Source: a virus (lineage: Duplodnaviria > Caudoviricetes). From it: a DNA stretch of 29,474 bases. Of the stretch, positions 7,380 to 16,805 are shown piece after piece; position 1 is the stretch's first letter; every line of letters begins with the position of its first letter. Under the pieces are notes generated by a model, which did not search any database, was not told the DNA's origin, and worked only from the letters and a program-made list of their open reading frames with translations. The position numbers and the translations under genes are program-made. Location of the stretch: the IMG/VR virus record IMGVR_UViG_3300017708_002001, positions 1 to 29,474 of that record. One strand, written 5' to 3'.

Positions 7380-7554
7380 TTCCTGGAAGTCCTAATCTAA
7401 TTACAGTTTCCTGTTGCTTCAAATAAAGCTTGACATATGATTTTGCAATATTTTTTAGCATATCCCTATCATCACAAGAATCAATTTCTCTTGCTAGTTT
7501 TGTATACTCAAAACTTTTGGAAAGTTTATCCAACGTAATTTCATCTGGGTCCAT
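7375..7554 (-). CDS. nblA: NblA-like phycobilisome degradation protein (59 aa; below the ORF-track cutoff)
   Basis: Hand translation MDPDEITLDKLSKSFEYTKLAREIDSCDDRDMLKNIAKSYVKLYLKQQETVIRLGLPGI*; GGGAG RBS 7 nt upstream; fills an otherwise empty gap. The helix-loop-helix pattern LS..FE....R.ID...D...L...AK.......Q resembles marine-type NblA as recalled, not searched. Confidence 0.62.
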   Translation of the reverse strand: MDPDEITLDKLSKSFEYTKLAREIDSCDDRDMLKNIAKSYVKLYLKQQETVIRLGLPGI

Positions 7555-7756
7555 TAGTAATCTCCCTTAGTAAGGATTTTATTTCTTCAATGTCTTGTTT
7601 AAGTGAATCTAACTCATCTCGCTCTGATTGCTTTCGCTTCTTCATTTTAATATATTGATCATAACTGGATGAGTCAGTATTAACAATAGCGCCAGTATTT
7701 TTATCTCTAAAAAGATGACGCTCACCTTCAACAGGAATTAAATTGTCATTATTCAT
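7541..7756 (-). CDS. Small hypothetical protein with C-terminal coiled coil (about 71 aa)
   Basis: The likely start is ATG 7756, just after the upstream stop, rather than TTG 7765. LIPVEG...LFRD..TGAIVNTD is followed by a heptad ELDSLKQDIEEIKSLL. The 3' end overlaps the nblA-like start by 14 nt. Confidence 0.8.
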   Translation of the reverse strand: MNNDNLIPVEGERHLFRDKNTGAIVNTDSSSYDQYIKMKKRKQSERDELDSLKQDIEEIKSLLREITNGPR

Positions 7757-7757
7757 A

Positions 7758-10700
7758 TTATGCAAGTGCTATTGCTCTAAAGTCTGTAAGCGAAACTGGT
7801 GTTGATTCATTTGTGGATGACATTACAACCTTTAATGCAAAGGCAGTAAATTGATCAAGATTGTTTGCAGTAAATTGATACTCCGAGAACCCTTCGGTTC
7901 CATTAGGAGAAACAAATGCATCCGCTCTACCACTATTTAAGTCTGCATTAATTACCCTATCACCGAAACCATCACCATCAGTATCTCTCAAATTATCATA
8001 TCCTGGGAAAGGTACAAATTTCTGAGGAATTTCCGTGGAGTCTGCTTTATATAATTGATACAAGACTCTAAAATCTGCACCTTCTTGTACATTAGCAGCA
8101 ATGTACACTTTCAAACTTGTTGCTGGTTGTGCAAGAGAAATGCTCTTAGTTACAAATACCGCACCATGTGGATCCTGATCTATGGAATTAGATCTAGAAT
8201 CTGTAATGTAATCACCGACTGGAGCATTAGATTTATTTCTTCCAAGAATGAATGTCGCATTTTGTGCATCCATTACGGGGGAGACATTTTCATTTTCACT
8301 TGCAAACTCAACTCTCATTGTTAGTGACTTGTTACGTGGTAACGTTGTAAGTCTTTCAAGTTCATTTGCTCTGGAAGCAACCATTCTAGGCGTATTGAAC
8401 TTGAGTGGTTTGTTGAGAGGAAGTGGTTCATATCCTTGATCTTGGAATGAAACTTCTCTTCCGCCTGCACTTGTTCCAGATATTGTTCTAATGAAACTTC
8501 TTGCTGAAGTTCCCTTTCCAGGGGTAATAATATTAAATTCTGAAACAATAGTGCTGAACTGGTAGTTTTGAGAAATACCAACTTCAGTACCACCAAATCC
8601 TTTTTCAGATGCAAAATTCAACAAAGCATCTCCAGAAACCCTACTTGATGGTGTTGACCTGTCAACTTCTATGAAGTAACTATCAAGGTCTGAACTTTCA
8701 TTTTTATAAAATGTTGATGGAATATTGTGAGTCTTGTTAATTCTCATCAAAGAAACACCATTGACTTCATATGGTTGAATAGATGCTCCAGTTTCGTGTG
8801 CAATTTTTACAGTTCCATTTACTGCTCTTCCATCAATACTAAGAGTTCCTGCTCCAGCATTTCCCGCAGAAATATTACTGTAAGAAACTACTTCACTGTT
8901 TATGATTGCATATCCTCTACTTGTAGAAATGCCTTCAGCAACTCCGAATAATGAAGTATTTGCAATAGAAACTGTAGTATCAGTTAATCCAAATGCTGCA
9001 CTAAGTTCCGTCTTAGTACTATCTGGTTTAATATCAACAATTTCAATTTTATTGTTTCCACCATGATGTGCATGATTATGCTGCTTAATGCTCATAATAT
9101 TTCCAACATACTTTTCATCGTAAATTGAAGATCCGTTAGTTCCAACATTAGCACCAGCAGTTAGTGCAGTTCTAGAAAGATGATTATCTGGTTCTGTATA
9201 ATAAACTAATGCTTCACCCTGAGTATAGTTTTCACCCAGAACATTAGTCATATACAGAGTATCAAAAGTGGTATTATGAGTCTTGATTGTTACTCTGGCA
9301 CCACTACCTCCACCACCAGCTGTAGATGTAACACCAACAACTTCTCCACTACGATATCCAGTTCCAACAGCAGTAATGTTTACTCCAGTTACACCACCAG
9401 AAGCATCAACTGTAATAGTTGCTTCTGCGCCAGATCCTTGACCAGAGATTGGGAATAGTGGAACACTATTATAAGAACCTGCCTTATACCCAGAACCACT
9501 ATTTCCAATAGCAACGTTACCAGTTCCCGTTGCAGCAATAGGTCCGCCAGTTGCTTCAATAAATCCAGTTGTTCCTTCTGTTGCAGGAGTAACGCTTACT
9601 CCACCTTGTCCAACTTTTACACCTGTTAAAAGTAAGGATTGTTCATTTGCAGTAATACCAGTTACTGGTAGTTTTAACTTTCTTGGTAATCCTTGAATTG
9701 GATTATCTTCCAAAATAGAAGCATTATCACCCTTAGGTAATACATCTCCATTATACCAAGTAACGGTGCCAGATTTAACGAATTTTGCTTTATTAAGTCT
9801 GAATGTTAGATCTTGGAACTGTGAAGGAGTCCAGATTGTTCCATTTTGAGATTTGAATAAAGATCCACCAAGATACTGTTTAGTAACAACAACATTTTGA
9901 ACATCAGGAAGACTTGTTGTTCTAACAGTCTTTTTACCCATTGTTGCCGTCCACATTTCATATCCATCAGATGCTGGAGAGAGAATGACAATAGCATATT
10001 CTGTATCGTTACCTTCAAGATAAATTGGTGATTCAAATTTAACATTTGTTGCTACGGGTTCAAATGGATTTGCTTCATTAACATTAATATCTGCAGGATT
10101 GAGTGAAACCTGAGCATAATCCTGAACTAGAAGACCTGTTGGTGTTCCAAGTTCAACTGTTCTAAGTTCAACAAAGATCTTTGCACCAGGATCTTTAGTT
10201 GCAAAGAATAAATCAACAGAGGTTAAGAAAATACCTTCTGGTTCTGTAACCGTAAATGATTGTGCAAGGGGATCTCTATGAACTGCTTTAACAGTTTTCT
10301 TAATGTCGATTTCAGTTTTCTTTCTACGTGGTTTGGGTGGATTTCTAACAGAAACTCTAGAAGTTTCTTGAGTTAAAATACTTCCAGAACCACTATAAGT
10401 TCCAATTGCTTCTGATGCAAATACAGTAGATCCTGGTAATGGAGTTACACCAGGAGGAACTGCGGTAACTTTTACAGTTTTTGTTCCACTCTTAACTCTT
10501 ATTGCTGGTGCTGGATTAGAATTTGGATTTCTAAAGAAGAACGTTCCAATTATATCTCCCCAATTATCGGAGACTAATTCGGCTCTTGTTATTGTCGCAA
10601 CTGCACCAGATGTTCTACCAACAACTCTAAATCCTTTTCTTACATATCCATAAAATTTTTCATGAAGAGAAAGAACTCTTACACCAAAGTTAATCAGTTT

Positions 10701-13700
10701 TGATGTTGGAGAATATGCAGTTCCAGGTCCAGGTCTATCTCTATCATAAGGGTCTACTTGATATTCTTCAACAAGAACCGCAGGAGATCCTAAACCAGCA
10801 CCAATATCAGGTCTTGTAGTATCACCAAACTTATGATTAGGTCTTTGGACTCTTATGAATCCAACTTTTCTACCCTTAATATCAAAAATATCAGCATCTT
10901 CAAATACAGTAAATGTACCTGAATTCATTTGAATTTCACAAAGTTTGGGAACAATATCAACTTGTTGTGCATCAAGATACTTATAATGTTTTGTAAATGG
11001 TCTTAAACCGTTGGCAGCAAAGTAAACATTTCTTGAACGCATCCAAGGATCTGCTTCACCAGAAACCTTTACATCTTCAACATAATTAAACTCTCTTGCA
11101 GGACCTCTAAGTTTCGGTGTGAATTTAGTTGTTGTCTTGACTTTAGTTGTAGTAACTGCTCTTTTAAGTCTTTCACCTCTACCACCACCTTTTTTATATG
11201 TTTCAATTCTAGTATTTTTATCAACATCTACTGTAGTTTTTGCTTGCTGCTTCCACTTAGCGCCAGTAGATTCAGTTCTATGATCATTAATGTAGATAGT
11301 TCTTACCCAGTTATCTGAGGCAGGATCAAGAACAACACCACCAACAAATACAATAACATTGAATGGGTTTACATTTTCAACATTAGTTGCGTGTGGTTGA
11401 TTTAAATATTCAACTTCTTCATATTTTAGAGTTAGAAGATCGCCAGTTTTTTGAATATTTGGATCCATCAACTTAAGATTCTGAGTCATATCAGTAGTTG
11501 ATGGATCAATTCCTGGATCTAATGCCAATTGTGCATTCATTGACCATAGATCGACAGGTGCTATTGCAACAGATCCTTCTTTTGAAATATCAATCGTAGA
11601 ATACCTAGGATCCATTAGAGATTTATCTCTAAAATCACTTACAATAAATCCAGATTTGAATCTATCAAGACCATTTGCATCAGTAACTGCAGTTGTCTTT
11701 GCATTCAATTCCAACATTGTAAGACTGGTAATATCTTCAATATTTTCAATTCTATCTTCAAGTTTTCCAATATCACGCATCGTAAATCTTCTATTATCTC
11801 TTAGAAGAATCTCGGGTTCACTAATTGGATTGTACAGATATGCTGGAAGTTTAATTTGTGCAATTTCCATTGCATCATCACCAAGAATTGGTGGTTGTGG
11901 ATTTTGTGCAGATTCTCCACGAATAACTTCAACTTCACCAATGCGATTAATTGTAACTAAATCAATTCTTGGCAGATAAAATTCATATCCCAAGAATGAT
12001 GATTCATCTGGTTTTACCACATATTGGAAATCAGATTCATATCTTCTACTTGCAAAATCAAATGGTGATTTAGTTTCATAACCACTAACATCAGTCCAGG
12101 GTTTAACTCTTGGTCTAAAATCAATAATATCAGTTGTACGAAGACCATTTGGAAGAACTGGAATATCACTAGAATACCTATCTTCAGTATAAGAGTTCAC
12201 TGTAAATACATCACCAGAGTTGCCTGATGCAACTCTATAGTGATTAAAAATAATTAATAGTTTACGAGAAGGTACTGTAGTTCCTCTTCTCCTCACAATT
12301 CTAGAATAATCACAGAATTGATGGCGATTTCCAGTATCTAATCTATAGTTAGGAGTTCTATTAACATAACTACCTTCTCTTACCTGTTGAATAACAGCAG
12401 AAATAGAAGATTCTTTAAACTTAACAACTTCCCCAACTTGATAATCTTCTGTATTTAAAATAACATAATCAATTGTATTTGCTGTTGCAGAAACAACTTG
12501 ACCAATTGCTCTACTATCTTCACCTACAATTTTCTCACCGACAATTGCATTTTGGTCTAATGATAGACCTGTTGCAAATGTTAATCTATCTAAAATTGGT
12601 GCCGCAGAATTTGTTGATTCATAAACTGCAACAACATTTGCAACATCTGGGAAATTTAGAGATATTTCATCATCTTGAACTCTAGTTCCATAATATGTAC
12701 TAGTTGTTAAACCTACCGAGAATCTTGAACCATCAAATGATCTATCAACATTTACTTGTGTAGATCTAATATAATCTTTTGATTTGTGTGTAATGCCTCG
12801 CTTTTTCATTGTAGCAAGAACAGTTACATTATTCGATTGAGATGCTTCAAGATTAGTTATGGTAACTTTACCAGCATTCTCATCTAAAATTACTTGTCCA
12901 GAATCTAATGGTGCAGGTGATCCATCAGTATATACAACAGAATATCTTTCAGCATCGAAAGTTTCAAAGAATACACTGCTGATGCCTGCGTTTGCACCAA
13001 TAACATCTGCTGATGTAAATTCTAATGATCCATTTGCATCAGTAGATTGCTCAGTTATTTGATAACTAACTGTAAGTTCTGATGATGCAAAATCAACTGA
13101 TGATATATTTTGCTCTGGCAATATACTATAAAGACCATTCTGACCAACATTCAGAATTCTTGGTACCATTAACTCAAAGTTCGATGTTTGATTTGATACC
13201 GCTCCTATACAAACATCTGTAATATTTGTAGTTGCTGCTAGATCAATTTCATGATCTCTTACTCCAGTAATCCTCGTAAAACTTGGATCAATTTCACCAT
13301 TTTTGAAATAACGAATAATACCACCGACTTTTATTCCATTGACGGCATTAAAGAATCTACCTTGAACTTTTCCAAGATTTCCACCAGAAATTGTCAGTTG
13401 GTCTGTAACTGCAAAATTTGCAAGTTGTTTTGGATAAAGAACTGTGTCCGCTAAGAAGTTTTTCTTAAGATTAGTATCAAGACTGTCAGAGTCTTGGAAT
13501 ACAGACTTAATATCTTCAGTTGTAAATGCTTGAATACCTGAAGTATTAATTGCAGATTTAAATTTCTGCATATCATTAATAATTACTTGCTCACCTTCAA
13601 GGAAAGTTCCAGAAGTTTGGGATAAACTTAATGTATTACTACTTCTATCGGCAATAAACCCAGTTGCACCACTAGACATACCTCTTACAAATGATCCATT

Positions 13701-15206
13701 AGGAACATCACCTGTTGAAAAAGTATTTGCTAGAGTTAAATTTGTATATGTTTGAGTATCATATAAGTATAAGTCCCATTCAGTTCCTGCATTTTTATAG
13801 CGATCATCTGTTAGTCCAAACCAATATACTCTTGCTTCTCCAATTTTAGTGCCCTGACCAGTTCCATCGATAGCTCCACCATTATCTTCACCATTTCTTC
13901 TGTCAGAGTACAAACCAATGACATTGGCACTGGTGTCACCACCAGCAGCAGTTCCACCAATTTTAATATATGGAATTCCGTGTACATTATTAACACGAAT
14001 CAGACTTCCCATTCCAAATGGAACTCTACTTCCTTCAACTTTTTTGACATCTCTTGGTTTATCAATATCTTTTACAGTAGAACCAACTAAATCAATATCA
14101 TATCCCTTAACATATGCAGTTCCTTCGGATATTTTATATGCCATCAAGTTGCTTGATGGTTTGTTGCCATCTTCAGTAAGATCATCTTCTCTGAAGAGAC
14201 CTCCATTACCAATTTCATTGTTTAAAGTGTTTGCACAATCAACTATGAAGGGTTCAACTGCATAATTTCCAGATTCGTCAAAAGTTCTTTTTGCAAAGTA
14301 ATCTCTAATAAGATTGTAGTTAGACTTATTCTGTAACTTTTTAATTACACCATTATCAACTCTAACAAGTTCTACAAAACTTGTATCTTCGGTATCGGTG
14401 AGTGCTTTCTTTGAAAGTTTTACACTAATTTTTAATCTATCAGCACCAGGTGCTGCATAGTTTGTAAAACCTTTTGCGTTATCGTTTAGACTATCATCTT
14501 CATTTGAATTAACAATTTCTTCTAATATATCAAAACCAACTCTAAATGAAACATCATTGGTGTACGGATCAAGGACAATTTGAGTTGTCGAAACATCAAC
14601 AAATGTTCCTCTAATAAAGTAGACTCCTTCAGCAACACCAACCGCAAAACCTGTAGCAGTTGAATTTACCGAGAGAGTTGTTAGTACAGTATCTCCAATA
14701 TTGAGAGTTGTATTACCATAACTAACATTTTCTTCAAGAATTAAGACTTCTCCATCAGAAAACTCTACAGTTTCGCCATCATCTGCCCCATCGCGATATT
14801 TAACGAACAATGTTATTTCTTCTACGCCTTCGTCTGGAGGTAGTAGAAATCCTTTAATTGTGCCAATTACTCCAGAGGTTTCGCCCTTTACTTTGGCACC
14901 TCTACCATTGTTTAAAGCAACAATCGATGACAAATATACTGTAATATCAATGCCAAGATGGTCTGGGTTTACCTTAACAGTTGTAAATTGGTCATCACAA
15001 GTGACTCCACCAGGAATCACCATAGAACCTTCTTTGAACATATGACTGCCAAAGGATTCTACCTGATTTTGTAAGATAGACTGAAGACCCGTTAGTTCTC
15101 TTGCCTGGACGGGAAATCCAGGTTTAAAAAGAACTCTGTAAAAATTATTAGCCTTATCAAAATCATCATAATAAGGGCTTACATTTAAGTTTGTCTTCTG
15201 TGACAT
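7758..15206 (-). CDS. Large DUF4815/VrlC-like virion structural (baseplate-associated) protein, 2482 aa
   Basis: N-terminal NLNVSPYYDDFD..NFYRVLFKPGFPVQARELT.LQSILQNQ and internal YLPRID, NRRFTMRDIGKLEDRI, DRFKSGFIV.DF, DPLAQSF and GSLFKSQNG..WT motifs; standard position after gp8 in T4-like cyanophages. Confidence 0.85.
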   Translation of the reverse strand: MSQKTNLNVSPYYDDFDKANNFYRVLFKPGFPVQARELTGLQSILQNQVESFGSHMFKEGSMVIPGGVTCDDQFTTVKVNPDHLGIDITVYLSSIVALNNGRGAKVKGETSGVIGTIKGFLLPPDEGVEEITLFVKYRDGADDGETVEFSDGEVLILEENVSYGNTTLNIGDTVLTTLSVNSTATGFAVGVAEGVYFIRGTFVDVSTTQIVLDPYTNDVSFRVGFDILEEIVNSNEDDSLNDNAKGFTNYAAPGADRLKISVKLSKKALTDTEDTSFVELVRVDNGVIKKLQNKSNYNLIRDYFAKRTFDESGNYAVEPFIVDCANTLNNEIGNGGLFREDDLTEDGNKPSSNLMAYKISEGTAYVKGYDIDLVGSTVKDIDKPRDVKKVEGSRVPFGMGSLIRVNNVHGIPYIKIGGTAAGGDTSANVIGLYSDRRNGEDNGGAIDGTGQGTKIGEARVYWFGLTDDRYKNAGTEWDLYLYDTQTYTNLTLANTFSTGDVPNGSFVRGMSSGATGFIADRSSNTLSLSQTSGTFLEGEQVIINDMQKFKSAINTSGIQAFTTEDIKSVFQDSDSLDTNLKKNFLADTVLYPKQLANFAVTDQLTISGGNLGKVQGRFFNAVNGIKVGGIIRYFKNGEIDPSFTRITGVRDHEIDLAATTNITDVCIGAVSNQTSNFELMVPRILNVGQNGLYSILPEQNISSVDFASSELTVSYQITEQSTDANGSLEFTSADVIGANAGISSVFFETFDAERYSVVYTDGSPAPLDSGQVILDENAGKVTITNLEASQSNNVTVLATMKKRGITHKSKDYIRSTQVNVDRSFDGSRFSVGLTTSTYYGTRVQDDEISLNFPDVANVVAVYESTNSAAPILDRLTFATGLSLDQNAIVGEKIVGEDSRAIGQVVSATANTIDYVILNTEDYQVGEVVKFKESSISAVIQQVREGSYVNRTPNYRLDTGNRHQFCDYSRIVRRRGTTVPSRKLLIIFNHYRVASGNSGDVFTVNSYTEDRYSSDIPVLPNGLRTTDIIDFRPRVKPWTDVSGYETKSPFDFASRRYESDFQYVVKPDESSFLGYEFYLPRIDLVTINRIGEVEVIRGESAQNPQPPILGDDAMEIAQIKLPAYLYNPISEPEILLRDNRRFTMRDIGKLEDRIENIEDITSLTMLELNAKTTAVTDANGLDRFKSGFIVSDFRDKSLMDPRYSTIDISKEGSVAIAPVDLWSMNAQLALDPGIDPSTTDMTQNLKLMDPNIQKTGDLLTLKYEEVEYLNQPHATNVENVNPFNVIVFVGGVVLDPASDNWVRTIYINDHRTESTGAKWKQQAKTTVDVDKNTRIETYKKGGGRGERLKRAVTTTKVKTTTKFTPKLRGPAREFNYVEDVKVSGEADPWMRSRNVYFAANGLRPFTKHYKYLDAQQVDIVPKLCEIQMNSGTFTVFEDADIFDIKGRKVGFIRVQRPNHKFGDTTRPDIGAGLGSPAVLVEEYQVDPYDRDRPGPGTAYSPTSKLINFGVRVLSLHEKFYGYVRKGFRVVGRTSGAVATITRAELVSDNWGDIIGTFFFRNPNSNPAPAIRVKSGTKTVKVTAVPPGVTPLPGSTVFASEAIGTYSGSGSILTQETSRVSVRNPPKPRRKKTEIDIKKTVKAVHRDPLAQSFTVTEPEGIFLTSVDLFFATKDPGAKIFVELRTVELGTPTGLLVQDYAQVSLNPADINVNEANPFEPVATNVKFESPIYLEGNDTEYAIVILSPASDGYEMWTATMGKKTVRTTSLPDVQNVVVTKQYLGGSLFKSQNGTIWTPSQFQDLTFRLNKAKFVKSGTVTWYNGDVLPKGDNASILEDNPIQGLPRKLKLPVTGITANEQSLLLTGVKVGQGGVSVTPATEGTTGFIEATGGPIAATGTGNVAIGNSGSGYKAGSYNSVPLFPISGQGSGAEATITVDASGGVTGVNITAVGTGYRSGEVVGVTSTAGGGGSGARVTIKTHNTTFDTLYMTNVLGENYTQGEALVYYTEPDNHLSRTALTAGANVGTNGSSIYDEKYVGNIMSIKQHNHAHHGGNNKIEIVDIKPDSTKTELSAAFGLTDTTVSIANTSLFGVAEGISTSRGYAIINSEVVSYSNISAGNAGAGTLSIDGRAVNGTVKIAHETGASIQPYEVNGVSLMRINKTHNIPSTFYKNESSDLDSYFIEVDRSTPSSRVSGDALLNFASEKGFGGTEVGISQNYQFSTIVSEFNIITPGKGTSARSFIRTISGTSAGGREVSFQDQGYEPLPLNKPLKFNTPRMVASRANELERLTTLPRNKSLTMRVEFASENENVSPVMDAQNATFILGRNKSNAPVGDYITDSRSNSIDQDPHGAVFVTKSISLAQPATSLKVYIAANVQEGADFRVLYQLYKADSTEIPQKFVPFPGYDNLRDTDGDGFGDRVINADLNSGRADAFVSPNGTEGFSEYQFTANNLDQFTAFALKVVMSSTNESTPVSLTDFRAIALA

Positions 15207-15209
15207 TGT

Positions 15210-16763
15210 TTAGAATTCCAGTATAACTTTGATGTCTTCTTTTTGACGTGCATTTCTAGCAATGCTAGCTCTGTTGTCCAGGTAGATAACTTCCCCTGAT
15301 CCTTTATTTATTTCAGGAACTGACATACCTGCTGTGAAACTAGAACCCAGATTTATTTGCTTAATTCCTGTTGGATTTGTAGCAATTCCTGAGAATCCAG
15401 TATCGACTGATCCTGTGAATGATGAAGTTTGACCACTAATTAAATTTGATGAAGATTCAAAAGCATATGGTCTACCATTGGTAGAAATGCCCGTATAATC
15501 TTGTTGATCTTTTGTTGTTTGATTATAAAATAAAGATCTATCCGTAAAATACTTCAAAACTTTAGTTTCAGTATCAAACGAAGCAACATAACCAAATGCT
15601 TTTGCAGTTCCGTTTTGAACGGATTGTTCAATTTTTTCACCAACTTTAGGTGTTCCTGTAATTGATACAAGTTTAAACGCAGATAATCCAGTAAAATTAC
15701 TATCAGTAAATGTATTTGCAGTTCCAATAGCAGTTGGATCTTTCACAATTGACACTTGGGCAAAACTTGTATCAACTGGAAAATCTTTTGTAGAATCATC
15801 AAATCTAGCGTAGACTAAAACTTTATCAGTTCCAAGTTCCTTGTAGACATCAAAACCATGACCTTTAGATGGTGGGATAATTGGAACTAACTTTGCAGAA
15901 GTTCCACTAGTATTTGAATTTATTGATCCAAGATCAACTAATGCGTAACTATAATCTTTTCCACCAGAGGTAACTACTGTATTTGTAATTTTACCACCTT
16001 CAACATCAACTCTAACCTTACCACCGGTACCATCACCGATAATATTCATCTCTTGACCAAGACCATTAGCATAATTTGATCCAGCATCTTCAATATAAAC
16101 CGTTTTGATTTGGTTTTCATTAATACTGGAGTCTCCAGATTCTCTAATTGCTCTTATTTGAGAATCAGTTGATGTTGACCAATTATTAGGAACTGTAATA
16201 TAGTCTGTAGAATCAAACTTAATGATATCACTAGGACTAATTGTGAATAGATATTTCCAAATATATCCATCACCACTATCACCTGCTCTAGATGGTTCTA
16301 AATCAGTGAATGTTGGTTGATCCTGAGAAACATTTCCTTTAGGATTGGTTCCACTAGATCCATTCTCAATACAAAGATAAACTCTAAAGTCTTCATTCAT
16401 TACATAGTAATTTGCATCATATAGTCGAGCAGCATTTGTTATAGGTGCTGGATTTGTGACACTATAGTCATTTCTATAAACTTCATATTTTGTTCCAGAA
16501 TTCCAATCAATTCTCCTAACAATCCTTCGTGCATTGGAAGAAGTAATTTTCTTACCAAAAAGTACAGTATCTCCAATATGACTAGAATACGAAAGATTAT
16601 CTACCGGTGAAGGTGGATTAGTATTCCAATCACTAGTTCTACCATATCCAGCAGCAACTGGATTTGCTAATCCTAATGTAATGTAGTAAGAATTGGACTC
16701 AATGGAGTCCACAAAATTACTGGCATTCAGAATTCTAAATTGATCAGTAACAATAGCTGACAT
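15210..16763 (-). CDS. gp8: Baseplate wedge subunit (T4 gp8-like)
   Basis: MSAIVTDQFRILNA, RRIDWNSG..YEVYR, YYVMNEDFRVYLCI.NG, DGYIWKYLFTI and SGEVIYLDNR..I.R...QKEDIKVILEF motifs. Confidence 0.9.
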   Translation of the reverse strand: MSAIVTDQFRILNASNFVDSIESNSYYITLGLANPVAAGYGRTSDWNTNPPSPVDNLSYSSHIGDTVLFGKKITSSNARRIVRRIDWNSGTKYEVYRNDYSVTNPAPITNAARLYDANYYVMNEDFRVYLCIENGSSGTNPKGNVSQDQPTFTDLEPSRAGDSGDGYIWKYLFTISPSDIIKFDSTDYITVPNNWSTSTDSQIRAIRESGDSSINENQIKTVYIEDAGSNYANGLGQEMNIIGDGTGGKVRVDVEGGKITNTVVTSGGKDYSYALVDLGSINSNTSGTSAKLVPIIPPSKGHGFDVYKELGTDKVLVYARFDDSTKDFPVDTSFAQVSIVKDPTAIGTANTFTDSNFTGLSAFKLVSITGTPKVGEKIEQSVQNGTAKAFGYVASFDTETKVLKYFTDRSLFYNQTTKDQQDYTGISTNGRPYAFESSSNLISGQTSSFTGSVDTGFSGIATNPTGIKQINLGSSFTAGMSVPEINKGSGEVIYLDNRASIARNARQKEDIKVILEF

Positions 16764-16779
16764 CTTTATCTTTTTTATG

Positions 16780-16787
16780 TATTTATA
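16780..16787 (-). promoter_or_regulatory. T4 late promoter TATAAATA
   Basis: Exact consensus in the 42-nt intergenic gap, about 17 nt upstream of the gp8 ATG. Confidence 0.85.
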
Positions 16788-16805
16788 GCTTATAATTAAA
16801 GGTTT

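Noticed and set aside
7757-7765. TTG start at 7765 for the small coiled-coil gene
   Set aside because: ATG at 7756, immediately after the upstream stop, fits the tight coupling seen throughout the operon better.
16764-16805. Possible terminator or sigma70 TATAAT in the gp7-gp8 gap (ttata-gct-tataa)
   Set aside because: Only a 5-bp all-AT stem with no GC hairpin; the plus-strand TATAAT has no -35 box or downstream gene. The gap is explained by the late promoter.
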